This document shows positions 24,098 to 35,469 of a DNA stretch of 64,000 nucleotides, piece by piece. The position numbers and the translations under genes are program-made. The notes beneath the pieces were generated by a model. That model saw only the letters and a program-made list of their open reading frames with translations. It was not told where the DNA came from and did no database searches. How positions within the stretch are numbered: the first letter of the stretch is position 1; every line of letters starts with the position of its first letter. This DNA is from Phyllobates terribilis (lineage: Eukaryota), in assembly GCF_046119375.1 (NCBI RefSeq), contig NW_027362769.1:330584001-330648000 (forward strand). The letters are read 5' to 3'.

Positions 24098-24215
24098 CCG
24101 CGGGTGACAGAAGTATTGAACACGTCACTAATTTTTTAAGTAAATCTATTTCTAAAGGTGCTATTGACATGAAATTCTCATCAGATGTCGGTAACAACCC
24201 ATCCAATCCACACAG
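24098..24215 (+). mobile_element. Tc1-like terminal fragment
   Basis: TA|CCGCGGGTGACAGAAGTATTGAACACGTCA resembles a Tc1 TIR start; truncated. Confidence 0.55.
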
Positions 24216-24295
24216 TTGCACCTCCACCGATAAGACATTGATGACCTTTTCTAAGGATAGGCCATCAATGTTAAAGTCCTGGACAATCCCTCTAA

Positions 24296-25106
24296 GGCTA
24301 TGTGCCCACGATGCAGAAATGCTCCGGATTTTTCCTGAGCGTTTCTGCATCTCCCCTGGCAGAAAAAACGCATGCGGATTGTACATGCGGGTTATCAAGC
24401 GATTTTAGCATCACTTGGAAAGTGCTTGACAACTTGGTCACACTATATAAATCCATGCAACCGGCATGGATTTATATAGTGTGACCAAGTTATAGTTAAA
24501 AAGAATGGTAAAAAATAAACATTATACTTACCTTCTGATGGCCCCCGGTCTCCGTGTTGGGTGGCTCGCTGTGGTCAAAAATTACCTTCGATGACATCAT
24601 TTAGTCGACGTCGGCGGTCGCGTGACCTGTCGCATGACTAAACTACGTCATGGAAGGTCCTTTTTAGACCATCGCGAGCTGCCGGGATGCCAGGACGCAT
24701 TGTACAGGAGACCAGGGGCCATCAGAAGGTGAGTATAATGTATTTTTTTTTTTTTTTTTACAAGTACTATGGTACCCGGGTCTGGAGGAGAGTCTCCTCT
24801 TCTCCAGACCCGGGTACCATCCGCACATTGAATCGCTTAATATCCGCATGTGCACATGTAGTCATGCGGATATTAAGCGATTCAATGCAAGTCAATGGCG
24901 GCAAAAACGCCGCGCTTAAGCAAAATAATTGGTAGTGCTGCGGATTTTTCCGCAATGATAATCCGCAGCGGAAATTTCCGCAGCATGTGCACAGCACATG
25001 CAGATTATCATTGGGGAACATGGCAGGCCTTCTACCAAGCGTTTTTGTGTTGGTGCGGTGGAATTGCCGCTGCGGAAAAGCTTAAACGCATAGTGGGCAC
25101 ACAGCC
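24296..25106. mobile_element. PIF/Harbinger-type MITE (~810 bp), same family as 59553-60388 in opposite orientation
   Basis: TIRs GGCTATGTGCCCAC / GTGGGCACACAGCC; TAA TSD; shared internal GGTACCCGGGTCTGGAGGAGAG block. Confidence 0.9.
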
Positions 25107-25199
25107 TAAATGACACCTGCTTAACCCAGCAGGAATGTCGGTGTTGCCTCAAAAACACTAAAGTAGACACAGCCCTGGGACCGGATGGCATATACCCCC

Positions 25200-25620
25200 G
25201 AGTACTGCAGGAATTATGTTCCATAATGGGACAGGCAGTTCTTTCTAATATTAAAAGATTACGTAATACAGACTGGCGCACAGCAAATGTGCCAGTATTC
25301 AAAAAGGAGACGAAATCTGAGCCTGGAAATTTTAGGTCGGTAAGTTTGACCTCCACTATGGACAAAATCTTTTCAGGGTTTCCTAAGAGATGCTATTCTG
25401 GGGTATCCCAATAGGAATAAACTCATGACTTACTATCAACATATGTTTATGTAGGATCGGTCCTGCCAAACCAATATGATTAGCTTCTGTGAGGAGGTAA
25501 GTTCCAGATTGGACCAGGGTAACATCATGGATGTTGTCTACAAGGACTGATCAAAGGCCTTTGATATGGTGCCACATAAAATGAGAAGAATGGGACTGGT
25601 GGAAAATCCGTAACTGGGTT
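25200..25620 (+). mobile_element. CR1-type LINE reverse transcriptase fragment, degenerate
   Basis: DWRTANVPVFKKETKSEPGNFRSVSLTS matches the CR1 motif DWxxANVxPIFKKG..PGNYRPVSLTS; downstream KAFDMVPH-like remnant. Confidence 0.8.
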
Positions 25621-26939
25621 AATTTTTCCAAAATACACAATTTTTTTTTATTTATTTATTTATTTTTTTTAGGGGACCAACTTCACTTTAAGGGTGCAGT
25701 CTGACTGCTGTATTACTCACGCGAGGATTGCATCTCTATCCTCGGACTGGCCGTCGGCTCTCCAGACCTGAGCATGACGGCTGCATAGAAATGAAAGCAG
25801 TCACGCGCATGTCGGGAGAGCCGACGGCCAGTCCGAGGATAGTGATGCAATCCTCGCGTGAGTCATACAGCAGTCTGACTGCACCATTGAAGTGACTTTG
25901 AAGAACCTATGTCAGGAAACCCCTCACTGTGTTCAAAATCACATTCAGGAAGTTTAACCCTTCAGGTTTTTCACAGGAATAATAGCAAAGTGGAAGAAAA
26001 TAATGAAAATTGTGTTTTTCACAAAATTATTGCTTTACCTCCAAATGTTTCATTTTCACATGGGTAACAGGAGAAAATGAACCACCCAATTTGTTGTGCA
26101 ATTTCTCCTGAGTATGACTATTCACCATATATGGGTGAAAACTACGGTTTGGGTGCATGGCAGGGCTCGGAAGGGAAGGAGCGCTATTTGACATTTCGAT
26201 CGCAGATTTGGTCAAAATAGTGTGGACGTCATGTCGCATTTGAAGAGTCATGCCAAAAGAGCAGAAACAAGTGACCCTATTTTGAAAATGAAGCTTGCTC
26301 TCCTCTCTTCAGTGATGCCAAATGTGGGCGATAATGGAGGTTTAGGCACACTGTAGGGCTCAGAAGGGAGGGGGGGTATTTGGATTTGGAAGCGCAGATG
26401 TCACTGGATTTCTTTGGGGAAGAGCCATGTCACTTTTTCCAGTGCCTTTGTGCTACCACTAATGTGGAAACCCCCTATATTTCTGTTAACAGATGATGGA
26501 CCTGAGTCTTTTTGTGGGTTAAGTTGAAGCTTTTATCAGCAACATTTTGGATTGGTCCATATTTATCTTGTGCTCTACGCTGAGCACTTACATAGGAGTT
26601 TCCATCTACATCTCCAAAATACGAAACCTGGAAGGGATCCATTGAATAATGAAGCAGGCAGAGTTACCCTGGCCTCTGTTCAGCAGGTGCACAAAACTGT
26701 GACTGTCGCTTTTGTGCATGCCTAAAAAGACAGACACAGCCAGATGGAGTCCAAAACGTCCCCATCTGTCTCATTGTAGGGAGTGTTCCATTGGGGATTT
26801 TGTGTGAATCACGTATTTCTGAGATTTGCATGTAAACCCCAATATAAGCGCTCAGCATAGAGCACAGTATAAATGTGAACAGAGTCTTATTGCAATTTTT
26901 TTGTGAGACAGAATAGAACAGCAGGTCAAGAATTGGTTT

Positions 26940-28650
26940 TATTTATTGCTTGGATTTTCCTGGATTGGGGTGCTGGGAAGGGAACCTCCCCACAAATGTT
27001 TTATTGGGGACTTATCTGGGACAGTTGGTCACTCAATAAGTTCATGACAACCCTCCCAGATCTAGTGCTTCATGTATTTCAAATGTCGATAACTTGGATG
27101 ACAATGTTATGTATGATGATACTGTGTTTCGTTGTACAGAAGAACTCAGCCATCTCACGCAGGGTGATGTTGTAGAGGATCCCCTAAAAGGAGCAAGTGT
27201 CAGTGATAAGGGCGATGGGATTCGTGTAACAGGTGGTCTCATGTAGCTGACCAGTGTCACTACGGCCTGTGACATGGCCGGTGGTAGCTGCCCCACCCAT
27301 GATTAGCACTGCTCCTGAGGTATCAGGGGAGGAGGAGAAAGTTTTATCCCCAGCCTGTCAGGATGGTGAAGAGTGTGTCCCCAGCTTATCAGGGTGAAGA
27401 AAAAGTGTTACCCATAGCCTGTCAGGATGGTGGGAAAGTGTGTCCCCAGCTTGTCAGGGTGAGGAAAAAGTGTTACCCACAGCCTGTCAGGATGGTGGGA
27501 AAGTGTGTCCCACAGCCTGTCAGGGTGGTGGGAAAGTGTGTCCCACAGCCTGTCAGGGTGGTGGGAAAATAGTGTATCCAGTCTGTCAGGGTGAGGGGAA
27601 AGGGTTACTCAGCCTGTCAGGCTGATTGTGAAAGTGTTATCACCCAGAGAGACAGCCTACATAGCCGCTGACACCCGCAGTCAGTGCCCAGAACGCAGGT
27701 AACGCTCTGCCTTTTGGACCCTGATCATCCAGCAGGATATCAGGACCAGTTACTGACCTGGAGCAGGTCCCAGAAGGTTCCTGTAAAGTTGGGGCCTTAA
27801 CGTCACTTCTGGCTACCTCTCGCCAGGAGTTTCAGATTGCACTATACATAGAGGACAGTCTTGTGGGGCTTAGTGATCTCACAGAGAAGCCCATCCCCGA
27901 GTCCAAGAAGGAGAGGGTATTGTGGGATCCAGGGAGGTTGTGCCATGAGATGGGCTTAGGAGACTATCTGTAAATTAGTGTCCCATGTCACCTCTAAAAG
28001 GGGGAAGTGTCATAGAGAAACATTAAAATCCATAAAAACATCTCTGAAGAGGGGACATATCACCCTCACATTGAACATATGGGATTAATTATATCTGGGG
28101 AAGTGAGAGAGAGCTGACACTTCAACCTCCATTGCAGTATGGACCTCTTGCAGTGACCAGGTAATTACAAGAGATCTGCCCTTAGAACCAGCGACCAAGA
28201 CACAGATTCGTTCACTCAGGCGGAGATTTACACTTCCAAGGCAAAAGCTTTCTCTGTTCACAGCCTTGATCGCAGACTTTTTGGAGACAGTGGTCAGTGA
28301 TGAATATTGCTGTTTGCATCGATCTGATATTTATGGGAGATATATATTCGGAGTCGTTACGAAGGGACGAACATAATGCATTCACTAACATCACCGTAAG
28401 GCCATTCTACCCCCTCCAACTTAATTAGGGGACGATGGATGATGCTATCCATGCCATGTTTCATTCCCATAGAAAGGTAAAATGACGAAAGGAAACATGA
28501 CTACAATATCTACCGACTACGACCTCCAGGGGCAAAGATATCCTGAAAGTTGTTGATCTCAAACTTCTAAAAGATCTAACACATCCCACAACCAGCCCCC
28601 AAATGAGCTCACCAAGGGGAGCACTTGGTGCAACAGCTCTCCAAGGTGTG
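26940..28650 (+). mobile_element. Old Gmr1-like Gypsy relic (protease-linker region plus probable 3' LTR from 28008)
   Basis: FLDWGAGKG resembles YLDWGAGRG of the intact element; 33-39-bp tandem repeat at 27340-27630; purine tract AAAAGGGGGAAG followed by TGTCA at 28008. The LTR end is uncertain. Confidence 0.55.
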
Positions 28651-28689
28651 ATCACTCCTTTTTAGATGCAGACTAACGAGCGGATCTAA

Positions 28690-28986
28690 TTTGATGCAGG
28701 TGTTAGTTTTGGAAATGAAAATTTACAGGGTGATTCCGTAATTTTTTTCCTCAGAATTGAGTGATTCCATAATTTTTTCCCTCTGCTTGGTCTGAAAAAG
28801 ATTACCCTTACTGAGTTCCACATTTTTAATCTTGATTTCTTTTAGTGTTTCTTAAAGCCTTAAAGTTGCCATTTGAAATGACTTTAGTTTTGTGCCATGT
28901 CTGTGATCTGCTTTTTTTCAACAACATTAAACAACTGAATGAACATCCTCCGAGCCCGGTGATTCCATAATTTTTGCCAGGGGTTG
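28690..28986. mobile_element. Tc1-like terminal fragment with IR/DR structure
   Basis: Ends GTGATTCCATAATTTTTGCCAGGGGTTG|TA; internal repeats of GTGATTCC(A/G)TAATTTT. Confidence 0.75.
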
Positions 28987-29044
28987 TAGTATGGCAGTGT
29001 ATATCTGTGGTGTGTGTATATACAGTATATAGTAGGTGTGTGAC

Positions 29045-29092
<48 letters not shown>

Positions 29093-29564
29093 CTGTATGT
29101 GTGCATGTATGCAGTATATCATGTAAGTATATGTATAAGCTGTTTACCTATGTAAGCAAACTGTATATAAACTCAATCTGTTTCTGTGTATATACTGTAT
29201 GTGTCTGTATATATACAGTATATAGTGTATGTTTACATATGTATAAAGTGTATATATAAAATGTGTGCACCTGTATAGTGTATATCTGTTATGTGCTGCA
29301 TATGTAGTTCAGTAATTGTAGTGTCGCCATAATAGGGATCAAATCTAAGCACAGTTTATGTCTCATGTTTGCATCTTACATTAGGGCCTGTTCACACTGT
29401 TTTTCTTTACTGCCTGAATCCCCTATGGAGCGATAGACAGCAATGACAGGAATGGAGCTCAAATGAATTCCATCTGTGATATAGTTTCTGAGCGAGTCCA
29501 TCAGTTATAACAGCCACAGGAAAGTGGAGACTTTTAGAAGAAAAAACACAAACTGAGACTCTAA

Positions 29565-29778
29565 GGCCACGGCCCCACTATCAGTATTTGGTCAGTATTC
29601 GGTCAGTATTTTTTCTTAGGAGTGGAAGCCAAAACCAGGTGAAGAACAATCAAAGAAAAGATATAATAAAAACAAGTCACCAATTCTGCATTTATCACCC
29701 ACTCCTGGTTTTGGCTCCCACTCCTGAGAAAAAATACTGACAGAATACTGACCAAATACTGATAGCGGGGCTGTGGCC
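29565..29778. mobile_element. Palindromic Harbinger-type MITE
   Basis: GGCCACGGCCCCACTATCAGTATTTGGTCAGTATT ... AATACTGACCAAATACTGATAGCGGGGCTGTGGCC; TAA TSD. Confidence 0.85.
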
Positions 29779-31597
29779 TAAGAAAATAAATCAGACGGTC
29801 AATTTCATAAAAAACAAACAAATGAAATTCATTTGAACTCCACTTGTGTCATTGCAGTCTGTGGCCCAGTCGGGGATTTGTGTGAATCTTATTTTAGGGG
29901 GATTCAGGCAGAGCCCCCGAATGCACCGCAGAAGCACAGTGTGAACAGGACTTAATATACTATTGTATAGAATAGTGCAGTCTACCATACTATTCCAAAC
30001 TATCCCAGCACACCAAACAGACACAGACCAGAAGACACTTTTTTTTTTTAATTTTTTTTTTTATAAATCTGTTGCATGTCAAGTTTTTCAGCAGTTTTGC
30101 AGCATTTTTTTTTCCTTATTCAAATGAATGGCAAACAAAAATGCAAGTGAGAAGGCTGCAAAAACGCTGAATTTTTCCTGCGAACACTCTGGTTTTTGAT
30201 GCAGAACAATCCGCAGCAAAAACAGTGCGTGTCAACAAGACCCTACAGGGGGTTGCACCGATGCTCTGGGGGTCTCTGCCAGTCTTAGCACTTGGCTGCA
30301 GTGATCTTGTGACTGGACCTTCTGTTATAGCTGCAAAGTGAATAATGACTATCAGGGACCCCCAGATCATCAGCAGGGGATTTTGGGGACATATAGGACT
30401 TTTTTTTAATCGCTTTTTTTTCTGCCATTTGTGAAGTAGGACGTACAAAAAGACGGCAATTCTGCTAATGTTGTCTATTCTTTCACCGTATGGCCCCCTT
30501 CACACGTGTTTTCCGGTACGTGTGGCATCAGTATGGCTGACATTTTTTTTCACAGATGCCACATGTACCCTTTTTAACCTATGCTGCTATGCACATGGCT
30601 GTGTTTTTCCGGCAGCACGGATGACAAGCACCAATACAAGTCTATGGGTCTGTGTAAACATGCCATCCGTGTGCTATACATGTTTACCATTGAAAGTATA
30701 TGAGAAACTTTGTAATTTCATTTCCAGTATCCATACCGGAAAAACACGGACGGCACACAGACGACACACTGATGGTACTAGTGTAACACGTACGTGTTTT
30801 AGACGGACATGTGAAGGATGCCCAACAGTGTTGTCGGTGCAATATTTCAGGATTGGGGCCCCAATTTTTCCAAAACCGTCCGCTTTCCTAGAGTACTCCC
30901 CTCCGCTAAGCTCGGAGCCATTTCCGTGACACAGCTTTAGTACTCTTTTTTCGTTATCCTTTTTATTCTATTTAAATTGTATATACCGGATTGTTTTGTT
31001 CCCATTTTGGAACGTCATTGTACATTCTTTTTTATAAACACTGCCTATCTTTCCGGACTAAATATATAAAATGTAATAGCTCTGTAAACCACACCCCAGA
31101 AGCCATACGCTACCTGTAAAGGGAGTCCAATCGGCCTGTATAAACAATTGCGTTGGAATAGGATGTGTATATACCATACACTCACTGCGAGTTCCCCAAT
31201 AACTTGCCTAGTTTCGCCTAAGCAAGCATTCTCAAGGGCGAATGCGAGTATGACTGATGTATATAGTCTAACTAGTGGAAGAAATAAGCACCACTTGTGA
31301 ATGAGAGCAAAGGAGTGGTCGATCTGAGAAATTAGGCCACTGGGGGCAGTGGAGTGGTTACAATGTTTAGTGGTATCGTTTTTCATGATTGTCCCTACAC
31401 TGTTTAAATACCGAATGTGAATTCACACTTGGGAGAATATCTCCTGATATGACTGATACTATGGCTTTTTAACATTGTGTATGAACCAACATTTGTTCCG
31501 TTGATGGGATCAGTCTTAAAAAGGGACTGTGAGCACGGAGTAACTGTTTAAATGAAGTACAGGCGATGGGTGCACCCTTGGCATGGCCAAACATTTA

Positions 31598-32716
31598 CAG
31601 TGGGTACAGAAAGTATTCAGACCCCTTTAAATTTTTCACTCTTTGTTTCATTACAGCCATTTGGTAAATTCCTAAGAGCACAGTGGCCTCCATAATCCTT
31701 AAATGGAAGAAGTTTGGGACCATCAGAAGTCTTCCTAGACCTGGCCGTCCAGCCAAACTGAGCTATCGTGGGAGAAGAGCCTTGGTGAGAGAGGTAAAGA
31801 AGAACCCCAAGATCACTGTGGCTGAGCTCCAGAGATGCAGTAGGGAGATGGGAGAAAGTTCCACAAAGTCAACTATCACTGCAGCCCTTCACCAGTCGGG
31901 CCTTTATGGCAGAGAGGCCCGACGGAAGCCTCTCCTCTGTGCAAGGCATATGAAAGCCCGCATAGAGTTTGCTCAAAAACACTTGCAGGAGCCCCAGACT
32001 ATGAGAACTAGGATTCTCTGGTCTGATGAGACGAAGATAGAGCTTTTTGGTGATAATTCTAAGTGGTATGTGTGGAGAAAACCAGGCCCTGCTCATCAAC
32101 GGCCCGATACAATCCCAACAGTGTAACATGGTGGTGGCAGCATCATGCTATAAGGGTGTTTTTCAGCGGTAGGGACAAGACGACTGGTTGCAATTGAAGG
32201 AAACATGAATGCGGCCAAGTACAGAGATATCCTGGATGAAAACCTCTTCCAGAGTGCTCTGGACCTCAGACTTGGCCAAAGGTTCACCATCCAGCAAGAC
32301 AATGACCCTAAGCACACAGCTAAATGGCTGTCCACCAACGTTCACCATCCAACCCGATGGAACTGGAGAGGATCTGCAAGGAAGAATGGCAGAGGATCCC
32401 CAAATCCAGGTGTGAAAAACTTGTTGCATTATTCCCAAGAAGACTCATGGCTGTACTAGCTGAAAAGGGGGCTTCTACTCAATACTGAGCAAAGGGTCTG
32501 AATACTTATGACAATGTGATATTTCAGTTTTTCTTTTTTAATAAATGTGCAAAATTTCTACATTTGTTTTTTTTTTTTTTTTTTTCTCAGTCAAGGTGGG
32601 GTGCAGAGTGTACTTTACGGAGAAAAAAAATTAACTTTTTAGAATTTACCAAATGACTGCAATGAAACAAAGAGTGAAAAATTGTAAAGGGGTCTGAATA
32701 CTTTCCGTACCCACTG
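31598..32716 (+). mobile_element. Tc1/mariner element, internally deleted, transposase degenerate
   Basis: TA|CAGTGGGTACAGAAAGTATTCAGACCCCTTTA ... AGGGGTCTGAATACTTTCCGTACCCACTG|TA. ORF pieces show RSLPRPGRPAKL, ARRKPLL, WSDETKIELFG and QQDNDPKHT. Confidence 0.95.
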
Positions 32717-33645
32717 TATATAGATCCAGGTGGACATTGATGGAAAAACAACTAGGTGGGAAGGTGCATTGATCTGTTTGGTCACACCAAGAGTGCACTG
32801 AGCACCTGTGCTTGATTTGAACAAGGATTCTGTGCCGATAGTGAATTTACTGTGTCTTTATACATTTAAGCCCAGATTCATTATTACTTTTCCACCTGTT
32901 CTTTTGAGTTTTTAGTGTTTTGCATCTTCTTTTTTTCTTCTTTTTGTTTGCGCTATATTCAGCTTTTCATTTGAGCCTTTTTTTTTGGGGGGGGGTGAAA
33001 GGGGTCTATTTTGTATGTGTTTGCCTGTTTTTTTTTCTGCAACTATGGGTGGAGGTTAGAGGTTCCAGATGTTTTTGCCATTTGTGACTAAGAAAAAAAA
33101 AACTCCAAAAGCCTTTCATTCAGTAATTTTTTTCTTTGCAATTTAATATATCTTGCTTTTGTATATAACCAACTTCATAAAATGCAAATGTTTTATTTAG
33201 GAAATAAGTGAAAAAGGTTCCATATCATGTTTGTAAAAAGCAATGCATTTCAAAGCTTTGACAAAGCAGCAGGCATTTGAAACGCGGTACTTTTGACAAT
33301 CGTGATACGGAATCTTTTGAACTTATTTTCTAAATAAAAAGTTTGCATTTTACGAAGCTGAATTTTTTTTTTCCCCCCCCTTCACCTCTTTCTACATTTT
33401 GGTTCCATGGAACCCTTTACTTCAACACGCCTTTAACCCTGGTGAGCTGTTTTTTTTTTCTCTACTTATTTACTTTTTGTATATAGCACCTTCACAAACT
33501 TGTAAGAATCGCACGGAAATGGGTCAAAAATATATAAGACTTGGATGGACAAAAGGAAAAGCAAAGGCCTATTCTTCCCTTTTGCAATCCAGCTCTTGTT
33601 ATGAAAGGAACTACAGAACTAAATATATGGTAACCAATGAGATAC

Positions 33646-34216
33646 TGTCACGCCAGGTGTGGGAAAGACTAAGTGCAACACGAAGGGAAGAGGGGAAGGG
33701 AGCCCAGACGCCAGGGAAAGAGGGAGTGGAGACCTCCTAGGCTGATCTGATATCACCCTGTCTCCCCTATCTTGGATCCTCACCAATCGCAGCACAGGAA
33801 CCTGAACCCTGTATTTTTCTAGAGCTTGGCTCTGGATAGGGAAGGGGAGGGATGAGCACTAGTCAGTCCCCACAAACAACTAAAGACAACAAGGGAGACA
33901 ATCACGGGGGAAAGTAACTTAGCTTGAGCTGACTTCAGAGAGATTACACACGCGTCCTCTTAGCACCAGAGAGGAAGCAAACAGACTGCAATAGCTCCAA
34001 GCCTTCACAAGGGAACATGTGAATATCACCGGCACCTCCCTGTAGCAAACAGAAAGTATTTAAACACCCAGGTCTGGGTGTTAATTAGCAGGAGGGCGGT
34101 AACTGCTGGGTCCTAGAGTGAGACAGATCTAAGAAGGTGTCGGTAATGCCAAACGAAGAGATCTTCCGCAACCAACTGCAGGGCGATTGTCTGTCACATC
34201 TGACACACCCGTGACA
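33646..34216. mobile_element. Solo LTR (571 bp)
   Basis: TGTCACG ... CGTGACA termini; perfect 5-bp TSD GATAC (33641-33645, 34217-34221). Confidence 0.85.
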
Positions 34217-35055
34217 GATACAGGCAATCAATCGAATTTTAAGAACTTTATCTGATCGGTTGCTGGTGGTAGAGGCGTAGTCAGATGGCTGGCCATATTA
34301 AATGGACGACGATCGCATCGCAGTGCACAGACTAGCCGGCGGCTCTCCCGACCCGAGCGTGACAGCCTGTATCTCTGTGCAAAGTCAGGAGAGCCGCCAG
34401 CCAGTCCGAGCATTCTGATGCAATCGTCGTCCATGCTTAAGGGCCCAGTCAGACGGCCAAGTAAAGGAATCCATGCTTCAGCAGGGTCTCGGATCACATG
34501 TAGTCTTGCACGGTGGCAGCGGAGGAGCAGGACACAGCGGCATTACCAGTCTACATCTCGGTCTATATTATTAATCAGATTTTTGTAAATATAAATGTAA
34601 CCGCAGTGTATGGCAGTACAGATTTGGCGTTACAAAAAGGTTTCATAGATTTATTCATTGTAATGATGACAAAGTTTAGAATTATCACAGTGCTGCTTCG
34701 TTTTACTATAAAATATTATTTTTTTTTTTTTGTTTCCAAAGACATTTTACAGATTGAAATTTGTCTGACTTGAACATATATACAAATATGTGAACACAAG
34801 CGACGGGGACTTGTCGACATGAACACAGGGCAGAGCCGGGATCTTGGTACAGTCTCTGAAGGCACTGGTGTATGGAAGCCGCACACTTCCACGTGTCTCT
34901 ATGGCACAGAGCTCCCCCCCACCCTATGCTGAACAGAAGGATAAACCGGACCACCACCCACATACAATGAGGCTATTCAATTAAAGAAAAGGATTGTGCA
35001 TTTATAAGGGATTGAGACAAGTAGGATATATAAAGTGTTGTCTTTTTTGATCCTC

Positions 35056-35188
35056 TTAACCAAATGTTGCTCCACAGTTGGGACATCTTCGTTGTCTCAA
35101 AGCAAAACAGAACAGGATTCCGATTGGGAAGAAAAACACGGCGCAGAAAATCCCCAGGCAGGTGAAGGAATCCTCCAAAACGCCAACC
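35056..35188 (-). CDS. BRI3: Brain protein I3, coding exon 3 (last)
   Basis: Acceptor CACCCCAG|; (R)[43 protein letters not shown]; AATAAA on the minus strand at 34650-34655. Confidence 0.95.
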
Positions 35189-35282
35189 CTGGGGTGAGGC
35201 AAAAACAGAAAACACAATGTTAGGTAATGGAAGATAAAGAAGGTTTTATTACTCACAATGCTTTACCATTAACCTCCTGCTG

Positions 35283-35352
<70 letters not shown>

Positions 35353-35469
35353 TTAAGAAAAAAATCTATATATTTAGTAATAAAATATATAGCTATATTT
35401 TTTATTAGAAGATAAAAATGTCAATAATATTTTTAGAAAAAAAATAAATATATAAAATAATATTATTAT

